Shown piece by piece: positions 1-7,893 of a stretch of 12,365 nucleotides of DNA. Source of the DNA: Tubiluchus corallicola (Eukaryota; Animalia; Priapulida); the NCBI GenBank assembly GCA_030141605.1, contig JAQGDQ010002162.1, positions 1-12,365 on the forward strand, in the 5' to 3' direction. Within the stretch, counting starts at the first letter, position 1, and every line of letters begins with the position of its first letter. A model generated the notes under the pieces. It had not been told where the DNA came from and did not search any database. It saw only the letters and a program-made list of their open reading frames with translations. The translations under genes were made by a program, and so were the position numbers.

Positions 1-135
1 GAGCAATACGTAACTGAACGAAGTACATTGAGGAAGACATTGCTGGAGATAAAGTCTGCGGAATTATTGGCTATTGATTGTGAATTGATTGGACGCTCTC
101 GATTATGATGAACTCAGCAAAAAGTTTTCACTTCT
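1..135 (+). pseudogene. Possible decayed hAT transposase C-terminal fragment
   Basis: Across frameshifts it reads IRN*/RSTL...ELLAIDCELIGRS/LDYDELSKKFS. This resembles the hAT dimerisation-domain tail pattern IKNxLRSTM...LAxLxIExEL...LDYDxxIxxFA. Similarity judged by eye only. Confidence 0.35.
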
Positions 136-319
136 ATTAAATGGCAGCTTCACATAAAATGGTGTGTTCAGCATCTACATGTAAAGCGAGAATGATTGCT
201 AATCTACCAAATTACAATAAAATGACCTTGAATTTAGTAGCATACATGTGTACAAAATAAAAACATACTACACGGCATTCTAGTAAAGTAGCCCAAATGA
301 ATGTTCTTACCTGACACCT

Positions 320-544
320 GAGTAAACTGTTAAGCATTGTGATGTGGTCCAAATTAATTTACTTACCTCCGAGTAAACTATTAAGCATTGTGATGTGGTC
401 CAAATTAATTTCCTTACCTCCGAGTAAACTATTAAGCATTGTGATGTGGTCTAAATTCATTTCCTTACCTCCGAGAGAACTATTAAGCATTGTGACATGG
501 TCCAAATTCATATCCTTACCTCCAAGAGGACTATTAAGCATTGT
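320..544. repeat. 51-bp minisatellite, about 4.4 copies, spanning the NAA25 exon 5/intron 5 junction
   Basis: Units start at 320, 371, 422 and 473, with a partial unit at 524-544. Approximate consensus gagtaaactattaagcattgtgatgtggtccaaattaatttccttacctcc. Confidence 0.97.
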
Positions 545-703
545 AAGTGCCTCCTTGTACTTGCTACACATTTCCAGCACCATAAGGTACAGCTGTACTT
601 CTGCTTCGGCTTCAACACGACCTTCTTTGATGGACTTCTGAATCATTCTTTCTGCTAGAGGCAGTAACATTGTATCTGCAAGGTTCTTGTCCGAAACGCG
701 AGC
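520..703 (-). CDS. NAA25: NAA25 coding exon 5 (shortest form; alternative in-frame ends at 469, 418, 367). The gene continues beyond the window start.
   Basis: Acceptor ttttttccatttag|GCT. Reads ARVSDKNLADTMLLPLAERMIQKSIKEGRVEAEAEVQLYLMVLEMCSKYKEALTMLNSPLG plus 1 nt (family LPLAERM...EAEAEVxLY), then donor GAG|gtaagg at 519. Exons 1-5 total 661 nt with no stop codon. Confidence 0.92.
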
Positions 704-742
704 CTAAATGGAAAAAATAGTAGTCATCAAATACACTGACAA

Positions 743-1181
743 TGTTATTGTAACGCAATATGCATAACGACACTTATTTGTTGGAAGGTGCTGCCCTCTA
801 CGAGCAATGCGGTGAGGAAAGGACAGGAGGAGAACATTGATGGTCGCGTTTTTATTCACAGCAATGTTTTTTTATCGTTATTGTGTTATAGTTAACAACA
901 GCATTTAGTTATTACCAAATTTGTACCTTGAGAAACTTTAAATCTTGATGAAGAGCCAACGATGTAAGCTACATGAATTTAAATAATTTAATTAAGTTTT
1001 ACAAATTCGATGTCTGAAATTTGAGAAAGTACTTTCACCAATAAGTTGACTTCTTAATTATTAAGCTTCTGTTTATCATTTTATTTATTTTTCTTACTTG
1101 TTAATGTTCTCTTTATTATTCTCTTTAGAATAAACGACTATGGGACATGAATGAAATAGTGAAGGCTTTCTGTACATAACA
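743..1181 (+). mobile_element. Probable solo LTR (Gypsy-like) in NAA25 intron 4
   Basis: Begins TGTTATTGTA and ends TACATAACA (TG...CA with a short inverted terminus). AATAAA at 1129-1134 lies about 47 bp from the end. The 4-bp flanks acaa/acca match at 3 of 4 positions. Confidence 0.45.
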
Positions 1182-1255
1182 ACCAGAAACATTAGAAATG
1201 TTGCTCTTGGTTAAAATTTGCTTACCAAAGCTCAAAGCAAAATTGCTAAACTCAC

Positions 1256-1449
1256 CTGCATTACTATACTCATTACTGCCCAGAAATAATACGGGTTTTT
1301 CGGAGTCACTTTGTACAAAACCATTGCTGTCTGTTGCTGTTTCTTGTATTCACCACAACGTACGTAAGCCATGAATAAATGTGAGAGAAATTCTTCATTG
1401 CTGGGATCTTTCTTTACGGCTTGTTCATACAGATCAGCTATAGCATCAG
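1256..1449 (-). CDS. NAA25: NAA25 coding exon 4 (TPR-like region)
   Basis: Polypyrimidine tract then tttag|CT, donor CAG|gtgagt. Reads PDAIADLYEQAVKKDPSNEEFLSHLFMAYVRCGEYKKQQQTAMVLYKVTPKNPYYFWAVMSIVMQ, with hallmark SHLFMAY and PKNPYYFW. 194 nt. Confidence 0.96.
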
Positions 1450-1520
1450 CTAAATGTAATAAAAATGGAAAGAAATAACAAATGCTAATTGATAAAATTA
1501 CACAATATAAAATATTACAT

Positions 1521-2033
1521 AATTACATATTATAAATTGCAGGACTGACGCAGCAAGGCACTTCATCACTAACACTGGTCCTAGACTTTGGAATAACATC
1601 AACGAATACATAAAAAATTCTTTATCTATAAATAACTTCAAAAGAAATCTTAAAAGTGAAATCTTTTCTAATTATACAGAATAAATCAATTTGATTAATT
1701 ACGCTGCTGTCCCTCTCGGAATCCATCGCGTTGCTGGCTATGTCAATTTTTACATTTCTATAGTTCACGTTACTTCATACAGATACCATCACATCTTTCT
1801 CCTTCTTTCTATTCTCTATTAACCTTTCTTTCTACTCCTTTACTGCTCTTTTCTATTACACTCAGTCCACATTCATTTGTGGTGCTCTAAACAAGTAATT
1901 ACTTCTTGAGTACACCACGGGTCATTTGCGGCTTGGCATCTTGTGTACTTAATAATAAATATGTTATTAAATACTTTTATGTACAATGCTGTAATGATCG
2001 TTGTGGATATATTAATAAATAAATAAAAATAAA
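1521..2033 (+). mobile_element. 5'-truncated LINE (CR1/L2/Crack-like) 3' end
   Basis: 1523-1684 reads LHIINCRTDAARHFITNTGPRLWNNINEYIKNSLSINNFKRNLKSEIFSNYTE*, the typical GPxLWN...SxxxFKxxLK ORF2 C-terminus. It is followed by a pyrimidine-rich 3' UTR, a stem-loop at 1879-1918 and an (AATA)n-like tail at 2014-2033. Confidence 0.85.
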
Positions 2034-2133
2034 TTGTGTATACAATATTTTACAATTTCTATAAAATACAATTTCTATAAAAATTTCTTACACTGATATT
2101 ATCTGTTGCATGTATCCCACCAATTTTCATAAT

Positions 2134-2876
2134 CACGGTCATATCTCAGTTTGCCGGACCTCGCTTTTATGGATATCGAAAAATTTGGACAAAATCTGGT
2201 CCGTAGAAAGTGCCACATACTACGGGCACAGTCCGTTATTTCGCGACGCTAATTGGGAGGCCGTCACTTTGTTTACATCGAAACAGCGTGTAATTACACG
2301 TGTGTAGCTGACCGCTAGTTGGAGGGCCGTCACTTTGTTTACATCAAAACAGTGTGTAATTACACGTGTGTAGCTGACCGCTAGTTGGAGGGCCGTCACT
2401 TTGTTTACATCGAAACAGCGTGTAATTACACGTGTGTAGCTGACCGCTAGTTGGAGGGCCGTCACTTTGTTTACATCCAAGCAGTGTGTAACGACATGTG
2501 TGTAGCTGACCGCTAGTTGGAGGGCCGTCACTTTGTTTACATCGAAACAGCGTGTAATTACACGTGAGTAGCTGACCGCTAGTTGGAGCGATACGTGTGT
2601 AGCTTGTATGTCAGCATGTTTAGTGGTTTAATCAGCATGTGTAAGTAGTTTAGAGTCAATTATGTGGAGTTATTTGAGTTAATTGTCGACAGTTTTTATA
2701 TACTCTTGCATAGGAGCAGCCTGTACTCGATGTTTTTGAGACAATTAGGCGACTGATTCTACATTACCGTGAGTCTAATACACGGCGCCTACTATATTAG
2801 CTTTGAATCGGAAAATATGGACAATTGGTAAATTTGGATCCCCCGCTTTTGTCCGGCAAACCGAGATATGAGTGTA
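2134..2876. mobile_element. Non-autonomous TIR element (Tc1/mariner/pogo-like MITE) carrying an internal minisatellite
   Basis: Inverted repeats tcatatctcagtttgccggac (2139-2159) and gtccggcaaaccgagatatga (2851-2871) match at 20/21 positions. The right end runs gtg-TA; the left TA is not intact, so the superfamily call is tentative. Confidence 0.75.
2248..2588. repeat. 66-bp minisatellite, about 5.2 copies
   Basis: Units start at 2248, 2314, 2380, 2446, 2512 and 2578 (partial). Consensus gctagttggagggccgtcactttgtttacatcgaaacagcgtgtaattacacgtgtgtagctgacc. Confidence 0.97.
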
Positions 2877-2968
2877 TTTTGTTTTTTGCAAGTTAAAGAG
2901 CTTCTGTCTGAGGCTTTTTATTTGAGATGAGAAGCTCCAATTTTCGATCCCTAGCTTAGCAGGACATA

Positions 2969-3280
2969 CAGTTCATCCTGGTAGAGACGTTTGTAAAAGA
3001 GATTCACGTCACAGTCTAGCACAGTTTCTCGTTTTTCCAAAGAGCTATAAGTTTTTCCTGAAAGTGCTGCTAGGACATTTTTTAGACGGTGTTCTTCTAG
3101 AAATGGTGCGAGAAAATCTCCAAAAATGGCGATATTTTACTCTTTGGTGGAACCAACTAAAAAAACCGTCCAGGCGGTGCTTAGTGGGAGTCCCGGAAGG
3201 AAATTTCAGCTCTTTGGAAAGAGAAACTGGGCCACAGGGACACGGGCACCTCTTATAAATGCATCATCCAGGATGAACGG
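2969..3280. mobile_element. MITE, probably Tc1/mariner type (312 bp)
   Basis: Left end cagttcatcctggtagagacgtttgtaaaagag versus reverse complement of right end ccgttcatcctggatgatgcatttataagag; the core gttcatcctgg is identical. Flanks are TA (left) and CA (right, possibly a mutated TA). Confidence 0.65.
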
Positions 3281-3527
3281 CAATGAGTTAGCTTGGGAGA
3301 AAGGTTTTCTGGAAGACCTAAGACAAACTTAATTCTTAGCTTCCATAATAAGATAAGAAATTGTCATTCTAGGCAAAAACTTTTACAATCTCCTGTTTAA
3401 AATGTGCAAGAAAAAATTACATAAAGGAAAAATTCATTGGAAAGAAGCGTACAGTAAATATCGCTGCATAAGCTACACAGTGGTATAACCATAACTCAAA
3501 ATGAGACGCATTATCTGATATCTATCT

Positions 3528-4013
3528 AGATACTGTATCTTTCTAAGGTATGGCCACCTGGTGACATTTTTATAACTACAGTCTCAGCAAACTTGAAGTA
3601 GCTCATAATATTTCAAAATGCAAACTTTTGAACTACCCATATGATTATAGTTCCAGGACCATTTCAGTAGACCACGACGTTTTATACTTTGATGTAATAC
3701 ATAGGAAAACTGCATACAGTCTATACAGTAGAGTAATGCAAAGCTCAAATCTTCTTATAAAGGCATTGAATAACAGTGACACATTTTACACTTCAGATAT
3801 AAGAGACCAGTGGAGGAAAGTATTAGGTAGATATTATGAGTGACCATTCAGGCTGGACGTATGATATTGTGTGTATATATATATATATATTGTACTGTTA
3901 TTTTATTTATTTAGGTGTTGAGAGGAAGGGTTATAATTATCGTATGTCTTGTAATGATTGTATGTTATGTATTCGACGAACCTAGTTCGAAATAAAGAGT
4001 TAAATCAAATCAA
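3528..4013 (+). mobile_element. Decayed LINE 3' end (Daphne/L2-like ORF2 C-terminus); 5' boundary uncertain
   Basis: Reads RYC/SF*GMATW*HFYNYSLSKLEVAHN..KLLNYPYDYSSRTISVDHDVLYFDVIHRKTAYSLYSRVMQSSNLLIKALNNSD..DQWRKVL, resembling the YCxxxYGxxLW...KLxVAYNN.FR.LL...S.N.LI pattern, with in-frame stops. The 3' UTR has (TA)n, a hairpin cgaac-cta-gttcg (3977-3989), AATAAA at 3991 and an (AAATC)n tail. Confidence 0.75.
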
Positions 4014-4110
4014 GATCATGACAGCAGAGTACTCACAAGGCAATATGCAGCTATTGCATTGTTACCCGTATCCTTTCCAATCACAAGCCAGTGTACACTA
4101 CTAATGAATC

Positions 4111-4612
4111 TTATTGTAATTGTAATTGTAATTTATTATCACTTCAGCATGTATTTTTACATTACAATTTGCATTATTATCTTTAACTATTATGCCCTAT
4201 AACTAGAAAATGAAATATAGTTACAATAATTGTAACAGAACTACATTAGTATACTATAGCATGATACAGTTAGGGAAAAAATTCCAAATGTGATTGCAGA
4301 ACATTTAACAGAAGTATACTAACATAGTTACTAAACTACATAATAGTTTGTCAACAAGAAATAGATGCTGCATGGTGGTCAAGAAGCAAAGCTTGTAAGA
4401 CCACCATGAAAAGTGAAAAAACGACTTAATTTACAAGAGAGAGAATTATAGAAAAACAGGGAGTAGTTAAGATAAAATAATAGACAGAGATAGAGAAAAA
4501 GAGAAAAGAAATGAATTAGAAAGAAGTTCAGCAGAGACACGATGCAAAAGTATGAAAATGTAAACTGCAAAGTAACCAGTCGCGGGATTTACTGTGACTA
4601 TCGGCAAAACCC
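4111..4612 (-). mobile_element. LINE (CR1/L2/Crack-like) 3' UTR relic, related to the 1521-2033 element and in opposite orientation
   Basis: On the - strand: a pyrimidine-rich tract, hairpin catggtggtc-ttacaagctttgcttctt-gaccaccatg (4371-4408), AATAAA (4137-4132) and a (TTACAA)n tail. It shares aatcc..cgcg..ctgg.ta...tttacattt with the first element. Confidence 0.7.
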
Positions 4613-4650
4613 AAAAATAAAACTACATACAACTCATTTAAACTACATAC

Positions 4651-4789
4651 GTTTCTGCAGTTCTTTGTAGCATATTGTCATAGCCTGTAAAGTGGAATCA
4701 TCCGCTGGAGCTTGGGCGTGGACAGATTCAATCAAATTAATGCTCTCTGTCTTCTTATCCATTCGTAAAAGTCCAATAGCTTTCAACGC
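4651..4789 (-). CDS. NAA25: NAA25 coding exon 3
   Basis: Acceptor tctag|GCG, donor C|gtatgt. Reads ALKAIGLLRMDKKTESINLIESVHAQAPADDSTLQAMTICYKELQK plus 1 nt (family LKAIGLxR...PxDDxxLQAxTIxY). 139 nt. Confidence 0.95.
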
Positions 4790-5186
4790 CTAGATCACAG
4801 ATTCAAAATATATGAGTAATTGATGTGCTCAATATTTTAAGGTAATATAACAAAGTCTCAAAGCTCCGTATATGGCAATGCAGTTGTGCAGTTTATTAGT
4901 GACAGGTTTTGCTACAAGTAAGGCTTTATTCGGATCTGTAAAAGACAGGATAATCGCATACCAAGTTCTTACAGATATTACCAAAAGTTCGATCAGTTTA
5001 ACCATGTAAAAATTAGAACAAAAATTATATGAACTTAAACTTTGTGACACTTATGATATCACAAATGAACACAACGTTTTGTTATAATATCACAAGTTAT
5101 GAGAAATTTTGTTATAATCATGTCTAACAGAAAAGTAACAGCAAAACTAGTTCACATGCAGACGACTGTCAAACAGCGTTTTAAAG

Positions 5187-5369
5187 TGCGTGCAAAAGAC
5201 AGCCGGCAGAAACCGGTTTGAAGCCAGGTAAGTTGCGTGCAAAAGACAGCCGGCAGAAACCGGTTTGAAGCCAGGTACGTTGCGTGCAAAAGACAGCCGG
5301 CAGAAACCGGTTTGAAGCCAGGTACGTTGCGTGCAAGACAGCCGGCAGAAACCGGTTCGAAGCCAGGTA
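5187..5369. repeat. 47-bp minisatellite, about 3.9 copies, in NAA25 intron 2
   Basis: Units start at 5187, 5234, 5281 and 5328. Consensus tgcgtgcaaaagacagccggcagaaaccggtttgaagccaggtacgt; the fourth copy lacks two A's. Confidence 0.96.
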
Positions 5370-5715
5370 TGTGCGCAAACGCTGGGTAGACCAGTAATGA
5401 ACATGGAATATTTGTCAGGTAACGAATTAAAATATGAGCTTCACACCTTTGTGCATGTAGCTGTAAAACAATAATTTTGATTTGTTTACAAGCAACATTT
5501 TCCAATCATTCAGCTTAGTAAACGGTTATATAAAACACACAAACATTCAAACAAATTACTTTGCCAAATTGGTTATGCAGTGCAAAACACTCAAAGTTCA
5601 ATAAATTAAATTATAAATGTGCAAGTCAACGAATAAAAATGCCACTAAGTCTCACAGTAGGATACCTTGTAAAACGTACAGACGATACATATGAAACAAA
5701 CATAAGTGAACATAC

Positions 5716-5801
5716 CTTTGCACACAACATGTCCTTTTGTTTCTTCAGAAGTTTATCAGCTTCCTGTACGGCTTTTTTATTGTTCCCATTGTCAAGACAA
5801 T
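5716..5801 (-). CDS. NAA25: NAA25 coding exon 2
   Basis: Acceptor ttaaag|AT, donor AAG|gtatgt. Completes GAT and reads DCLDNGNNKKAVQEADKLLKKQKDMLCAK, matching the family motif LDNGNNKxAxQxADKLLKK. 86 nt; phase fits exon 1. Confidence 0.95.
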
Positions 5802-5827
5802 CTTTAACATAATAGGTTTAGTTAGCA

Positions 5828-5953
5828 AGTTAACATTGTAGTAAACGTTACAACAGCTAACATTGTTGTAAACATTACAACAGTTAACATTGTTGTAAAC
5901 ATTGCAATAGTTAACATTGTTGTAAACGTTACAACAGTTAAAATTGTTGTAAA
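5828..5953. repeat. 27-bp minisatellite, about 4.7 copies, next to the NAA25 exon 2 acceptor
   Basis: Units start at 5828, 5855, 5882, 5909 and 5936. Consensus agttaacattgttgtaaacgttacaac. Confidence 0.93.
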
Positions 5954-7294
5954 TTATTATGCAATTGTTGTAAATGTTGTCAATGTTGTGGAACTGTGAT
6001 TGATTGATTTTTTAACCTGTTTAAATTGTCTGTTTGTCAACTGTTAAAGTCTTGTACTGCTATGTTATGTCTATTGTAATTGTGTAGGGTATTTTGATTT
6101 TAGTTTATCTGTTATTTTACATACACTAACAGAAGGCTTTAAGTAATTTAGATATTGATAACAAATATATCTTTCTTTAGATACTACACAATTCTAATAC
6201 TACAGAATACATGTAGGCCTATTTGTATAATTTGCATTTTATTTTGCATTGTTTTAATAGACCGTAGACTGGTCATTTTTGCCTACTTACAAGTGTGCGA
6301 AAAAGTGTCCTCTTTTTCAACTCAGACAATATGGTAACCCTACATACAACTCAATAGGAATAGCCACATTTTTTGCTTTACAGTAAGAAAACAAAGAAAA
6401 AAACCATCACAGCGAACCATCTACTTAGCCAGTAGTATGGTTTCAATTTACATTGTTTACTAGCAAGGCAGCAACCAGGGTCCGGAAAAAATGCTTTGCC
6501 TACCACTGCCTTGTGTGCTGCCTATTGGCTATTAGACTTATGATAAGCTTTTCCAGTTCTACTACAATAATAAATGAGTTATCATTATAAAAGCAGAATG
6601 CAGCAAGGATTGTACAGTAGACTCACTCGTATGGGAGCAGCTGGAAGCTCACTTTACAATCACAAACTGATCAATAAGTAGATGTTTGTATAGTCAGTAT
6701 CAACAGTTTCTGCATAATTTTCAGCTAGTAGTATCAGCACATAGTCCTATCACATGCTTTTGCATTACAGGCGTGATTCTGAATGTGTTCAAAGCTGGCG
6801 TCATTTCAGAATATGAATTCACCACTGGTTGACTGTAAGCAAAACTTTGAAACACGAGCTCTGTAAGGCGAATTAAAAATGGAAAAGCTGTATTTGTTTA
6901 ATAAGCGATCAATGGTTTTACAGGACTGCATCGCTTCAGTCACCATGATCATACTCCCTATCATCTTATCTCTAATTAACAGAAAAAGGCCTGCAGCCAA
7001 TTCAACACTATAAAAAAGAGTAAACAATACTGTAATGAAACTGTGTTTGTTGTGTCGTTTTTCCTATTAGATAACTAATATTTAGCTGACAAGGTCAGTG
7101 CTGTGCTCAATCGAATTCTACTTATTCATCCCAGCTCATCAAAGAAGAGGGCTCTTAACATTAACTGGGCTCATCAAAGTGGGGGCTGCAACACAATACG
7201 ATCCTTAAATAAGTTCAATAATCTTTTTCTGAAGTATTTGCGATTATTGAAGAGTTTAAAGATTAAATTATCTTAACGTCGCCATTTAATATAC

Positions 7295-7352
7295 CATAAA
7301 TAGGCCTTAATCTCCTTTCAGTTACATCCACATGCTGTTTATTAGTCGCCAT
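7295..7352 (-). CDS. NAA25: NAA25 (NatB auxiliary subunit, MDM20/psidin family) coding exon 1
   Basis: ATG at 7352-7350 gives MATNKQHVDVTERRLRPIY plus 1 nt, then donor G|gtatat at 7294. The RRLRPIYD motif matches the NAA25 N-terminus as I recall it (human MATRGHVQDPNDRRLRPIYD). 58 nt, ends in phase 1. Confidence 0.93.
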
Positions 7353-7559
7353 GTTCAGAACTATAGTGTTTCTGTAAGACAGTAACAGCGGAGTTTTTGT
7401 TATTTCCCGAGAAAGTGCGTGGTGCACTCTGGGAATAAAATATGTCTGCCTCCACTGCTTGATAAACGTGTTTTTGAGCTTTTGGTTTCTTAGCATTTCA
7501 GTTAGTTTGTTAAATTATTATTAGTAGTAGTACACCTGTGTTAATAATAGTATAACAGA
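7353..7559. promoter_or_regulatory. Compact bidirectional promoter/5' UTR region shared by NAA25 and TIMM10
   Basis: 207 bp separate the two divergent ATGs. TCAGTT at 7498-7503 matches the arthropod Initiator consensus on +. A near-palindrome tttcccgagaaa sits at 7403-7414. TSS positions are inferred only. Confidence 0.7.
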
Positions 7560-7642
7560 ATGGCTGTGCCGCAGTTGGACCAAGAAAAAATGAAACTCAT
7601 TGCTGAGTTAGAAATAGAAATGATGTCAGATATGTATAATAG
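7560..7642 (+). CDS. TIMM10: Mitochondrial import inner membrane translocase subunit Tim10, coding exon 1
   Basis: ATG at 7560 gives MAVPQLDQEKMKLIAELEIEMMSDMYN plus AG, then donor AG|gtgagt at 7643. ELEIEMMSDMYNR is the Tim10 N-terminal helix motif. Confidence 0.95.
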
Positions 7643-7893
7643 GTGAGTTATCAAAAAGTCGCGAACCAAATTCAATTAATCGAACTAGTATGTGTACAAA
7701 GTAGTAAATGTAACTAGATCTAATATCGCTAGTTTTCTAATTAAGTAGGCTAAGCACTATATTAAATGTGATATGTTAGCATAATATCTACCATTACATC
7801 TAAATTTATACACTGAATTACTAAATACTATGAAAGGAATACTACTTTTATATGGTATATAATACTTAATAGTCCATTTTTTCATTATTGCAG

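Noticed and set aside
339-641. 100-aa + strand ORF with 17-aa repeats
   Set aside because: It is the antisense shadow of NAA25 exon 5 and the 51-bp repeat, with no independent coding signal.
944-975. ttgatgaagagcc...aagct, a partial hammerhead-like string
   Set aside because: It lacks an intact CUGAUGA box and the GAAA box.
2110-2588. ORFs with 22-aa repeats and a CRISPR-like appearance
   Set aside because: These are head-to-tail 66-bp units with no unique spacers, in a eukaryotic intron with no cas genes. The ORF reflects a unit length divisible by 3.
2890-3342. Weak outer inverted similarity around the 312-bp MITE (tgtctgagg versus cctaagaca; ccctagct versus agcttggg)
   Set aside because: Too degenerate to define ends or a TSD by eye; it could be an older host element.
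4068-4078. GTATCCTTTCC, a U12-type 5' splice-site motif on + (also ATATCCTT at 510-517)
   Set aside because: Both are on the wrong strand for NAA25 with no + strand exon upstream. The 510 motif is simply the reverse complement of the U2 donor region.
5147-5505. Three overlapping - strand ORFs with repeated peptides
   Set aside because: Artefacts of the 47-bp repeat, which is stop-free on that strand and cycles through frames.
4623-6353. Identical 14-mer ctacatacaactca at 4623 and 6340
   Set aside because: Plausible by chance in 12 kb of AT-rich DNA. The interval contains NAA25 exons, so it is not a TSD.
6270-6512. hAT-like terminal fragments (atatggtaacccta near 6329-6342; tttgcctaccactg near 6495-6508)
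   Set aside because: No convincing partner TIR or TSD was found, so they are not called as elements.
7263-7496. 77-aa ORF extending upstream and downstream of NAA25 exon 1
   Set aside because: Only MATNK...RPIY matches the family. The upstream part is promoter/UTR and the downstream part is intron read-through.
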